In this document: positions 46,144 through 58,631 of the stretch, in pieces | Layout: each line of letters starts with the position of its first letter | How positions within the stretch are numbered: position 1 is the first letter of the stretch | Source of the DNA: Mobula hypostoma | Lineage: Eukaryota | Reading direction: 5' to 3' | DNA length: 64,000 bases | Assembly: GCF_963921235.1 (NCBI RefSeq) | Contig: NC_086097.1 | Coordinates: 227,046,001-227,110,000, forward strand | Notes under the pieces: model-generated | The model's database searches: none | The model's input: the letters and a program-made list of their open reading frames with translations, nothing else | Told to the model about the DNA's origin: nothing | Position numbers and translations under genes: made by a program

Positions 46144-46780
46144 TTGCAGGATCTCCCAGTGGCCACACATTTTAATTCCACGTCCCATTCCCATTCTGAT
46201 ATGTCTATCCACGGCCTCCTCTACTGTCAAGATGAAGCCACACTCAGGTTGGAGGAACAACACCTTATATTCCGTCTGGGTAGTCTCCAACCTGATGGCA
46301 TGAACATTAATTTCTCTATTTTCCGTTAGTACCCCACCTCCCCTTCGTACCTCGTCTGTTATTTATTTATTTATTAATTATTTTCTATATATATATATAT
46401 TTTTTTTCTCTCTCCTTTTTCTCCCTCTGTCCCTCTCGCTATACTCCTTGCCCATCCTCTGGGCTTCCCCTCTCCCCTTTTCTTTCTCCCTAGGCCTCCC
46501 GTCCCATAATCCTGTCATATCCCTTTTGCCAATCAGCTTTACAGCTCTTGGCTCCATTCCTCCCCCTCCTGTCTTCTCCTATCATTTCGGATCTCCCCTT
46601 CCCCCTTCCACTTTCAAATCTCTTACTATCTCTTCTTTCAGTTAGTCCTGACGAAGGGTCTCGGCCCGAAATGTCGACTGTGCCTCTTCCTATAGATGCT
46701 GCCTGGCCTGCTGCGTTCACCAGCAACTTTTAAGTGTGTTGCTTGAAATTCCTGCGTCTGCAGATTTCCTCGTGTTTGAG
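46144..46780 (+). mobile_element. Penelope-like element 3' fragment (GIY-YIG C-terminus plus terminal repeat)
   Basis: PVATHFNSTSH..RLEEQHLIFRLGSLQPDGMNINF, then a pyrimidine-rich UTR and a hammerhead motif. Confidence 0.88.
46643..46680 (+). ncRNA. Minimal type I hammerhead ribozyme motif
   Basis: AGTC (stem I), CTGACGA, A, GGGT-CTCG-GCCC (stem II), GAAA, TGTC^, GACT (stem I'). Predicted cleavage after 46675. Confidence 0.75.
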
Positions 46781-48140
46781 CAAAATTTCCAAATCTCATT
46801 TTCTGTGAAATTTTCATCCATCCTTATTGATCTGACAAGCAGTTCTTTACTTGTAGACTAATCAAATTTTCCTAATATGTTCCTATATGTTCCTAATGCT
46901 GAAATGCTATTTAAATACCAATAAGACTTAAACTAGATTTCTAGCAAATGACTGCTGTTATGTTTTGTAACTCCAAAAACTAATCAAAAGAGAAACATGG
47001 AAGAGCCGGGCATTAGTGAGGCAAGGCTGATGATAAGGCAAAACTGCAGTCAATAGGATAAGTTGCAACAAAAAAGGTAGACAAAATCGAACCGAGTGAA
47101 TACAGGACTGAAAGTATTATATGTAAATGCGTGCAGTATACAGAATAAGGGAGATGAACTTGTAACACAGCTGTAGACTGGCATCTATAATGTTGTAGGC
47201 ATCACTGAATCATGGTTGAAAGAGGATTATTGTTGGGAGCTTAACGTCCAAAGATACACATTGTATCGAAGAACAGGTAGAAAGCGAAGGGGGTGGCGTT
47301 GCTCTGTTTGTAAAAAATGAAATCAAATCACTCAAAAGAGATGACATAGGGTCATAAGGTGTTGAATCATTGTGGATAGAGCTAATGAACTACAAGGGTA
47401 AAAAGACCCTGCTGGGAGTTGTATACGGACTCCCGAACAATAGTAAGGATGTGGTCTATAAATCAATATGGGAAATAGAAAATGCACATCAAAAGGACAA
47501 TATTACAATAGTCATGGGGGATTTCAATATACAGGTAGATTGGGAAAATCAGGTTGGTGCTGGATTCCAAGGGGGAAGTTTCTAAAATGCATACAAGGTA
47601 GCTTTTTAGAGCATCTCGCGGTTGAGCCCACTAGGGGACCAGTTATTCTGGATTGGGTGTTGTGCATTGAACTGGAATTGATTAGAAAGCTGAAGGTGAA
47701 AGAACCCTGAGGGGAAAGTGATCATCATATGATCGAATTCACCCTGCAATATGAGAAGGAGAAGCTAAGGTCAGATGTGTCAGTATTAGAGTGGCATAAA
47801 AGGAAATACAGAGGCATGGGAGAGGAGGTGGCCAGAATTGATTGGAAAAGAACAATGGCAGGGATAACAGTCGAGCAGCAGTGGCTGGAATTTCTGGAAG
47901 CAATTCAGAATATACAGAAGGCACAGGATATATACATCCCAAAGAGGGAGAAGTATTCTAAAGGCAAGATGACACACACCGAGACTAACGAGAAGTCAAA
48001 GCTTACATAAACCAAGGTCATATAGTCGAGCAAAAATTAGTGGAAAGTTAAAGGATTAGGAAGCTTTTAAAAACCAGCAGAAGGCAACTAAGAAAGTCAT
48101 TAAGTGGGTAAAGATGCAATATAAATGTAGGCTAGCAAAT

Positions 48141-48982
48141 GGTAGTAGGGCGAACAATCTGGCACTCAACATCAGTAAGACGAAAGAGCTGATTCTGGAC
48201 TTCAGGAAGGGTAAGATGAACAGACACATACCAATCCTCATAGAGGGATCAGAAGTGGAGAGAGTGAGCAGTTTCAAGTTCCTGGGTGTCAAGATCTCTG
48301 AGGATCTAACCTGGTCCCAACATATTGATGCAGATATAAAGAAGGCAAGACAGTGACTATACTTCATTTGGAGTTTGAGGAGATTTGGTATGCCAACAAA
48401 TACACTCAAAGATGTCTATAGATGTACTATGAAGAGCATTCTGACAGGCTACATCACTGCCTGGTATGTGAGGGTTACTGCACAGGACCGAATGAAGCTG
48501 CAAAGGGTTATAAATTTAGTCAGCTCTGTCTTGGGTACCAATCTACAAAGTACTCAGGACATCTTCAAGGAGCGGTGTCTTAGAAAGGCAGCGTCCATTA
48601 TTAAGGACCTCCAGCACCCAGGGCATGCCCTTTTCTCACTGATATCATCAGGTAGCGGGTACAGAAGCCTGAAGGCACACACTCAGTGATTCAGGAACAG
48701 CTTCTTCCCCTCTGCCATCCAATTCCTACATGGACATTGAACCCTTCAACACTACCTCACCTTTTTAATATTATATTATTTCTTTATTATATTATTGTAT
48801 ATTATTTCTGTTTTTCGTACATTTTTAATCTCAATACACATAAACTGTAGTTGATAATTTATTATTATTACATTTGTATTTTAGTTTATTTCTTCTATAT
48901 TATGTATTGCATTGAACTGCTGTTGCTACGTTAACAAATTTCATGACACATGTCAGTGATAATAAACCTGATTCTGATTCTG
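48141..48982 (+). mobile_element. Rex1/Babar-like LINE 3' fragment
   Basis: NNLALNISKTKELILDFR..FKFLGVKISEDLTW..HPGHALFSL; (ATTCTG)n tail. Confidence 0.75.
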
Positions 48983-49464
48983 ATATTAAAGAGGATACTA
49001 AATGTTGCTGCAGATTCATTAAGTGTTAAGAGAGATGAATGTAGATATCGGACCACTGGAAAATAATGCTGGAGAGGTATTAATGGAGGACAAGAAACTG
49101 GCAGAAGAGATGAATAAGTATTTTGCATTAGTCTTCACTGTGGGAGACACTAGCAGTATTGTGGAAGTTCCAGATGTGAGAGGTCATGAAGTGTGTGAAG
49201 TTACCATAACGAGAAAGAAGGTTCTTGGGAAACTGAAGGATCTGAAGGTAGATAAGTCACCTCAACCAGATAGTGTACACCCCAGGGTTCTGAAAGAGGT
49301 GGCTGAAGAGACTGTGGAGGCATTTGTAATGGTCTTACAAGAATCTCACTAGATTCTGGAATGGTTCCAGAAGACTGGAAAATTGTAAATGTCACTCCAC
49401 TCTTCAAGAAGGGAGAGAGGCAGACGTGTGGAAACTGTAGGCCAGTTAGTCTGGCCTCAGTAGT

Positions 49465-51895
49465 TAGAAACATAGAAAACCTACAGCACAATATAGGCCT
49501 TTGGTGGCCCACAAAACTGTGCCGAACATGTCCTTACCTTAGAAATTACCTATGGTTATCCATAGCCCTCTATTTTTCTGAGCTCCTTGTACCTGTCCAG
49601 GAGTCTCTTAAGGGACCCTATTGCATCCGCCCCCACCACTGTTGCCAGCAGCCCATTCCACAAACGCACCACTCTCTGTGTAAAAACTTACCCCTGTCAT
49701 CTCCTCTGAACCTACTTCCAAGCACCTTAAAACTGTGCTCTATCGTGCTAGCCATTTCAGCCCTGGGAAAAAGCCTCTGACTATCCACACGATCAATGCC
49801 TCTCATCATCTTATACACCTCTATTAGGTCACCTTTCATCCTCCGTTGCTCCAAGGAAAAAAGGCCGAGTTCACTCAACCTATTCTCATAAGGCATGCTC
49901 CCCAGTCCAGGCAACATCCTTGTAAATCTGTGCACCCTTTCTATGGTTTCCACATCCTTCCAGTAGTGAGGCAACCAGAACTGAGCACAGTGCTCCAAGT
50001 GGGGTCTGACCAGGGTCCTATATAGCTGCAACATTACCTCTTGGCTCCTAAACTCATTCCCACGATTGATGAAGGCCAATGCACAGTATACTTTCTTAAT
50101 CACAGAGTCAACCTGCGCAGCAACTTTGAGTGTTCTATGGACTCGGACCCCAAGATCCCTCTGATCCTCCACATTGCTAAGAGTCTTACCATTAATACTA
50201 TATTCTGCCATCATATTTGACCTACCAAAACGAACCACTTCACACTTATCTGGGTTGAACTCCATCTGCCACTTCTCAGCACAGTTTTGCATCATATCAA
50301 TGTCCCGCTGTAACCTCTGACAGCCCTCCACACTATCCACAACACTTCCAACCTTTGTTTCATCAGCAAATTTATTAACCCATCCCTCCACTTCCTCATC
50401 TAGATCACTTATAAAAATCACAAAGAGATGGGGTTCCAGAACAGATCCCTGAAGCACACTACTGGTCACCTCCATGCAGAATATGACCTGTCTACAACCA
50501 CTCTTTACCTTTTTCAATAAGACTTGCATGGGGTACCTTATCAAATGCCTTCCTGAAAGCCATATAGACTACATCTAATGCTCTACCTTCATCAATGTGT
50601 TTAGTCACATCCTCAAAAAATTCAATTAAGCTCGAAAGGCATGACCTGCCTTTCACAAAGCCATGCTGACTATTCTGAATCATATTATGCCTCTCCAAAT
50701 GTTCATAAGTCCTGCCTCTCAGGATCTTCAACATCAACTTACCAACCACTGAATTAAGACTCATTGGTCTATAATTTCCTGGGCTATCTCCCTTTCTTGA
50801 ACGATGGAACAACATCCGCAACCCTCCAGTCTTCCAGAACCTCTCCCACCCCCATTGATGATGCAAAGATCATCGTCAGAGGCTCAGCAATCTCCATCCT
50901 CGCCTCCTACAGTAGCCTGGGGTACATCTCGTCCGGTCCCAGAAACTTATCCAACTTGATGCTTTCCAAAAGCTCCAGCATATCCTCTATCTTAATATCT
51001 ACATGTTCAAGCTTTTCAGTTTGTTGTAAGTCATCCCTACAATTGCCAAGACCTTTTCCGTAGTGAATACTGAAGTGAAGTACTCATTAAGTACCTGTGC
51101 TATCTCCTCCGGTTCCATACATACTTTTCCACTGTCATACTTGATTGGTGTTATTCTCTCATGTCTTATCCTCTTGCTCTTCACATATTTGTAGAATGTC
51201 TTGGGATTTTCCTTAATCCTGACCACCAAGGCCTTCTCAGGGCCCCTTCTGGCTCTCCTAATTTAATTCTTAAACTCTTTCCTGCTAGCCTTATAATTTT
51301 CTAGATCTCAATCATTACCTAGATTTTTGAACCTTTCATAAGCTCTTCTTTTCTTCTTGACTAGATTTACAACAGCCTTTGTACACCACGGTACCTGTAC
51401 CCTAGCATCCTTTCCCTGTCTCATTGGAACGTACCTATGCAGAACCCCACGCAAATATCCCTGAACATTTGCCACATTTCTTTCATACGATTCCCTGAGA
51501 ACATCTGTTTCCAATTTATGCTTCCAAGTTCCTGCCTGATAGCCTCATAATTCCCCTTACTCCAATTAAGTGCTTTCCTAACTTGTTTGTTCCTATCCCT
51601 CTCCAATGCTATTATAAAGGATCACTATCTCCAATATTCTTTCCCACTGAGAGATGTGACACCTGGTCAGGTTCATTTCCCAATACCAGATCAAATACAG
51701 ACTCTTCTCTTGTAGGCTTATCTATATATTGTGTCAAAAAATCTTCCAGAACACACCTAACAAGTTCCACCCCATCTAAACCCCTGCTCTAGGATATACC
51801 AATCGATATTTGGGAGATTAAAATCTCCCACGACGACAACCCTGTTATTATTACGCCTTTCCAGAATCTGTCTCCCTCTCTGCTCCTTGATGCCC
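49465..51895 (-). mobile_element. CR1 LINE, same family as 35890-38450
   Basis: ORFs 49618-50544 and 50492-50866 with RT motifs; agaaacatagaaaacc tail. Confidence 0.9.
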
Positions 51896-54254
51896 TGGTT
51901 GGGAAGATGTTGGAGTCAATAATTATGGATGAGGCCTCAGGGTATTTGGGGGCTCATGATAAAATACGCCATAATCAGCATGGATTCCTCAAGGGAAAAG
52001 TTTGCTTGACCAATTTGTTGGAATTCTTTGAAGAAGTAACAAGCAGGATTGACAAAGGAGAATCGATTAATGTTGTGTACTTGGATGTTCAGATGGCCTT
52101 TGACATGGTGCCACACATGAGGCTGCTTAACAAGCTGTGAGCCCATGGTATTACAGGAAGATTCTAGCATGGATAAAGCAGTGCCTGATTGGCAGGATGG
52201 AAAGAGTGGGAAGAAAGGGAGCCTTTTTTGGTTGGCTGCAGGTGACCAGTGGTGTTCCAAGGTGCCTGTGTTGGGGTCTATTCTTTTTATGTTACATGTC
52301 AGTGATTTTGATGATGGAGTTGATGACTTTGATGAAAAGTTTGCAGACGATATGAAGATAGGTAGAGGGGCTTGTAGTTTAGAGGAAGCAGATTGTCTAC
52401 AAAAGGACTTAGACAGATTAGGAGAATGGGCAAAGAAGTGGCTGATGGAATACAGTGTCGAGAAGTGTATGGTCATACACTTTAGTAGAAGAAGTGAAAG
52501 TATTGACATTCATTTCAAGAGGACTAGAATATAAAAGCAAAGAGGTAATGTTGAGACTTTATAGAGCACTGGTGAAGCCTTACTTGGAGTATTGTCAGCA
52601 GTTTGAGGCCCCTTATCTTAGAAAAGATGTGCAGAAACTGGAAAGGGTTCAAAGAAGGTTTACAAAAATTACTTCAGGATTGAATAGCTTGTTATATGAA
52701 GAGCATTTGATGGCTCCAAGCCTCTACTCACTAAAATTCAGAAGAATGAGTGGTGACTTGTTTGAAACCTATGGAATGGTGAAAGGCCTTTTTATATTGA
52801 CTGTAGAAACAATGTTTCCTTTGTTGGGAGAGTCTCAGACCAGAGGACAGAGCCTCAGAATAGAAGGGTGTCCTTTTAGAACAGAGATGAGGAGGAATTT
52901 CTTTAACCTGAGAGTGGTGAATCTGGAATTCTTTGTCGCAGGCAGCTGTGGAAGCCAAGCCTTTATGTATACTTAAGGCAGAGGTTGATAGATTCTTGAT
53001 TGGTTAGGGCATGAAGAGATACGAGGAGAAGGCAGGAGATTGGAGTTGAAAGGAAAATTGGATCAGCCATGATGAAGTGGCAGAGCAAACTCGATGGGCC
53101 AAATGGCCTAATTCTGCTCCTATATCTTATAACATGTAGTCTTTATTTTTACTTTTATCGAGACACAACACTTATGATATGGTGGTGTAATGAAGTAGCA
53201 TAGTAAACTTTAAATTGTTCCATTCAGACCTAAACACTTAATTGCTGTGGAGGAATTCTTATTCCTGTGTGATAATATCTTTCCTGACAAGGGGGAAGGG
53301 GGTTCACTCTGCTTGGCTGGTGAGACTTGTCATGTGAAACAATTTCAGCTTCTGGGGCCTCCTTTGTAGTGGTTGCAAGAGCTGACTTTGGGACTGCGGG
53401 AAGTAGTTCTGACAGCTCTGGCCACCTTTCTTCCCTACCATTTGACTCTGCTCTCCTCATCTGATTGATGTGTTGTCTCCAGTTAACATCAGATGCCATC
53501 TCTCTTATGTAGGAAAGTGGTCCACCTGTCATTAATCTTTCCAAGTACCCACTTTTGATCACCTTTGAAGTCCTTTGCCAGGACTGCTTGTCCAGGTGCA
53601 AAACGTCAGAGCTCTTTTGTCTGCGGAGCCCTCAATTTGTCTCAGCTCAATTTGTCTTTCAAGCTCCTTCTGAGATTGAGTTTGATGAGATCTAAGCGTG
53701 AGTGCAAGGGACCACCCAGGAACAACAGAGCTGTTGAGTTAGACCACAAGACCATAAGATTTCGGAGCAGAAGTAGGCCATTTGGCCCATCGTGTCTTCT
53801 CCACCATTCAATCATGGGCTGATCCAATTCTTCCAGTCATCTCCACTCCCCTGCTTTCTCCCCATACCCGTTGATGCCCTGGCTAATCAAGAGACTATCT
53901 ATCTATGCCTTAAATGCACCCAATGACTTGGCCTCCATAGCCGCTCGTGGCAACAAATTCCACAGATTTACCACCCTCTGACTAAAGTAATTTCTCCGCA
54001 TCTCAGTTCTAGAAGTAAACCTTCAATCCTGAAGCCATGCCCTCTTGTCCTAGATTCCCCGACCATGGGAAATAACTGCCATATCTAATCTGTTCAGGCC
54101 TTTTAACATTTGGAATGTTCCTATGAAATCCCCCTCATTCTGCTGAACTCCAGGGAATACAGCCCAAGAGTTGCCAGACGTTCCTCATACGGTAACCCTT
54201 TCATTCCTGGAATCATTCTTGTGAATCTTCTCTGAACCCTCTCCAATGTCAGTA

Positions 54255-55142
54255 CAGTTGGCCCTCCTTATCCACGAGGGATTGGTTCCGGGACCCCTCG
54301 CAAATACTAAAAAACACCGATGCTCAAGTCACTTATTCAACCTGTCTTAATGCGGTGGACCTTAGGACTCAGCAGAACCCCGGACCTTATTTAACCTGTT
54401 TCAGTGCGGTGGACATTAGGACCCGGCGCAGGATCTCTGAATCCACAGTGTTTCTGTTCTCAAAAATAATCACAATCACGATTGAAAATAAAGTGGAAAT
54501 AATAAAGTGATCAGAAAGAGGTGAAATGCCATGGGTCATTGGAAAAGTGTTAGTCTGCAGTCGGTCAGTGATCGGATAAAGTGAGAAAAGGCCCTGCCCC
54601 GATGAAAGCTACAATTATTACTAAGCAACGCAGTGGTTTAATTATTGGGTTTTGGGTTTTTGATTCTCACATCAACCCAGCAGGGATAGAGAGCGCACTC
54701 GGGAGTGGTCTGTCACTGGATCGAACTTGGGAACTTCCGTTCCTGACCCGGCACTGAAACATACGTGTCTTGAGTGTTTTATATGCATAGAAAGGTAAAA
54801 TATATACTATATACTAAGACAAACGTTTGACCAACTGACGCTAAATAATATTGGATGTACCTGTTCTGACTTACTTAGTAAGAGAACTTACGTTTTTTTT
54901 TCGATCCCAATCCACGATAACCTATGCACATCCTCCCATATACTTTAAATCATCTCTAGATTACTTATAATACCTAATACAATGTAAATGCCATGTAAAA
55001 TAGTTGTTATACTGCATTGTTTAGGGAAAAAAAGTCTGTACGTGCTCGAACAACAAGTGTTGGAAGAGCACTTCCGGGTTTTCTCGATTCGCGGTTGGTT
55101 GAATTCACGCATGCGGAACTCACGGATAAGGAGGGCCGACTG
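54255..55142 (+). mobile_element. Non-autonomous pogo/Tigger-like element
   Basis: TA TSDs; TIRs CAGTTGGCCCTCCTTATCC / GGATAAGGAGGGCCGACTG; HTH-psq remnant ITIENKVEIIK*SERGE near 54470-54525. Confidence 0.88.
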
Positions 55143-56814
55143 TATATCCTTTCTAAAATAAGGAGCCCAAAGCTGCACACAATATTCCCAAGTGTGGTCT
55201 CGTGAGAGCCTTATAGAGCCTCATCACATCCCTGCTCTTATATTCTATACCTCTAGAAATGAATGCCAACGTTGCCTTCACCTTCTTCACGACTGACTCA
55301 ACCTGGAGGTTAACCTTTCAGGTATCTGCACAAGGACTCCCAAGTCCCTTTGCATCTCTGCATTTTGAATTCTCTCCCCATCTAAATAGTAGTCTGCCAA
55401 TTTATTTCTTCCACCAAAGTGCATGATGATACACATTCCAGCATTGTATTTCATTTGCCACTTCTTTGCCCATTTCCCTAAACTATCTAAGTCTCTCTGC
55501 AGGTTCTCTGTTTCCTCAACACTACCCGCTCTTCCACCTGTCTTTCTATCCTCGGCAAATTTAGCCACAAATCCATTAATCCCGTAGTCCAATCATTGAC
55601 ATACATTGTAAAAAGCAGCGGTCACAACACCGACCCCTGTGGAACTCCACTGGTAACCAGCAGCCAGCCAGAATAGGATTCCTTTGTTCTCACTCTCTGT
55701 TTTCTGCCAATGCTCCACCCATGCTAGTAATTCCCCTGTAACTCCATGGGTTCTTATCTTGATAAGCAGCCTCACATGTGACACCTTATCAAAGGCCTTC
55801 TGAAAATCCAAGTACAGCACATCTACTGCATTTCCTTTGTCTACCTTGCTTGTAATTTCCTCAAAAAATTGCAGTAGCTTAGTCGGGCAGGATTTTCCTT
55901 TCAGGAAACCATGCTGACTTTGGCCTATCTTGTTATGTTCCTTCAGGTACTCCATAATCTCATCCCTAACAATAAATTGCAACAACTTCCCAACCACTGA
56001 TGTCAGGTAACAGGTCTATAGTTTTCTTTCTGCTGCCTCTCACCCTTCTTAGCTAGTGGGGTAACATTTGCAATTTTCCAGTCATCCAGTATAATGCTAG
56101 AATCTATCGATTCTTGAAAGATATTGTTAGTGCCTCCGCAATCTCACCATCTATTTCCTTTAGAACCCGGGGGTGCATTCCATCAGGTCCAGGAGATTTA
56201 TCCACCCTCAGACCATTAAGCTTCCTGACCACCTTCTGAGTCGTAATTTTCATAGCACAAACTTCAGTTCCCTGACACTCTTGAATGTCCGGTATACTGC
56301 AGAAGTCTTCCACTGTGAAAACTGATGCAAAATATGCATTCAGTTCCTCTGCTATCTCTGCGTCTCTCATTACAATATCTCCAGCATCATTTTCTATTGG
56401 TCCTATATCTACCCTCAACTCTCTTTTACCCTTTATATACTTAAAAAAGCTTTTAGTATCTTCTTTGATATTAGTCACCAGCTTCCTTTCATAATTCATC
56501 TTTTCCTTCCTAATGACTTTCTTAGTTTCCTTCTGCAAGTTTTTAAAAGCTTCGCAATCCTCTATCTTCCCATCAGCTTTGGCTTCCTTGTATGCTCTCT
56601 CTTTTGCTTTTACTTTGGCTTTCACTTCACTTGTCAGTCACGGTAGTGTCCTTCTTCCTTTCAAAAATTTCTTCTTATTTGGAATATATCTGTCTTACAC
56701 TTTCCTCATTTTTCGCAGGAACTCCAGCCATTGCTGCTCTGCTGTCCTTCCTGCTAGTGTCTCTTTCCAGCCAACCTTGGCCAGTTCCCCTGTCATGCCG
56801 TTGTAATTTCCTTT

Positions 56815-58631
56815 CTGTCTGTCTGTCTAGGTACCATATCTGATGCGGACGTTGGTGACCATGGTTTTCCATATTGATCTATCCCTCGTTCTTTGGATGA
56901 CTTCCATTTCCTCGATGTGTAGCCACCTGGCTAGTCTTTTGATGTACATAAGCTGAGGTCTTCCTCTAGGTTTGCTCCCCTCGATCCTTCCAGGGAGTAT
57001 GAGTTTTTCTAGTTCATCTTTCCGCATGATGTGTCCTAGGAATCTGAGTTGTCTTTCTCTTATTGTTGGTATGAGTGATCTAACTGCTTGGGCTCTTCTG
57101 AGAACTTCTTCATTTGATGTGTGTGTGGTCCATGATATTTTTAACATTCTCCTGTAGAACCATAATTCAGCTGCTTCTCGTAACTTCTTCATTGTTGAGG
57201 AAATGGTCCAGCATTCACTTCCTTAAATCAGGATAGAATAAATGTAGCACTGCAGGTACATGCTCATCTTTCTGTCTGTTAATATGGTCTTCATTTTTTG
57301 CAAAGTTTCTTTCGCCATTGCTATTCTGTATTTGTTATCTGTGTCGCACCTGCCATCACTTGTTATTAGGCTGTCAAGATATCTGAATTTGTTGACTTGT
57401 TTGATGTTTGTATTTCCGATCTTGATCACACATTGTGGGATGTTTGTCTTTCTGGAGATGACCATGCTTTCTGTCTTCTTGGTGTTGATTGAGAGGCCTC
57501 TGCGGTTACTTTCTGCTGCCACTATAGTGAGTAGTTCTTGAAATTTTGTTTCTGAGTCAGCTATTAGTACGATGTCATCAGCATATCTGATGTTATTTAT
57601 ATTATGGCATCCAATTGTGAATCCTTTGATGTCTTTGATACTTCTCAAGCTATTTTCACTATACAGGTTGAATAAGTCTGGCGAAAAGACACGACCTTGC
57701 CTGACTCCTCTCATGATATTCACATACTTACTCACTTCTCCTTCTATTCTGATGGATGCTGTCTCTGGTTCCAGTATAAGTTTCTTAAGAAAGGTATATC
57801 TTTCCCATCTATGTCAAGATCTTGAAGCATTTCCAGACGATCTTGGTGTTTGACAGTATCAAAAGCTTTTGTATAGTCGATGAAACATAGGTAGATGTCT
57901 TTTTGTACCTGGATGGCTCGTTCACAGATCATCCATAGCATGAAAATTGCATTTCTGATTCCAGTGTTTTCCACAAAGCCGCATTGTTTTTTACTGATTT
58001 CTGGTTTTATACAGCGGCTTGCTCTCATCATGATTACTCTGAGAATAATTTTTGCCACATGGCTCATCAAGCTTATTGTACGATGTAACTCACATTCTGT
58101 TGCTCCCTCTTTCTTTGAAAGTGTGATGAACACTGATTTACTTAAATCATCAGGTATCTCCCCATGATCATAGATTTAATTTGCTATTTCTGTTATTTTC
58201 TCTATTCCAACATCTTCTAAGGCCAGTATAATTTCAACAGCAATGTTGTCTGGACCAGTTGCTCTGTTAAGATTTGTTTTACTTATGGCTGCTCAAATCT
58301 CTGATTTTAGAATGCTAGGTCCTTCAAGAGCCTTCTTTATGTTCGGTTTTTCTCCTCTTTGGTCTTCAAAAAGTTCTTTTATATATTCTGTCCATCTGTT
58401 TAGGATTTCCTCTTTGCTCATAACTAAGCTGCCTTGCATCCACTTGCTGAGTAAGGTAATTTCCACGTTAGTTCTTTAATCTTACTATGCATCAACTTTG
58501 TTCCAAGGTTATGGGTTTGTAGTGTTTCTATCTCTGAGCATTTCTCATTTAGCCATCTATCTTTAGCTTCTCTGCATTTTCTTTTTATTGTCTTATCAAG
58601 TTGTTTGTATTCTTCACTGTCTCTTGGTTTG
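56815..58631 (-). mobile_element. RTE-clade LINE, 5'-truncated
   Basis: HRTISLMSH, CFIDYTKAFD, RGVRQG..SP.LFN, RYADD, WFYRRMLKISW; ORF ends next to an (AGAC)n tail; 10-bp TSD AATTTCCTTT at 56805-56814 and 58632-58641. Confidence 0.9.

Larger units (their letters stand above)
47010..53130 (+). mobile_element. Degraded CR1 LINE hosting two nested LINEs
   Basis: APE pieces 47100-48140; continues 48983-49464 (DKSP..HPRVLKEVA, RPVSLAS) and resumes at 51896 (GKMLES..FADD..RRNFF). Confidence 0.85.
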
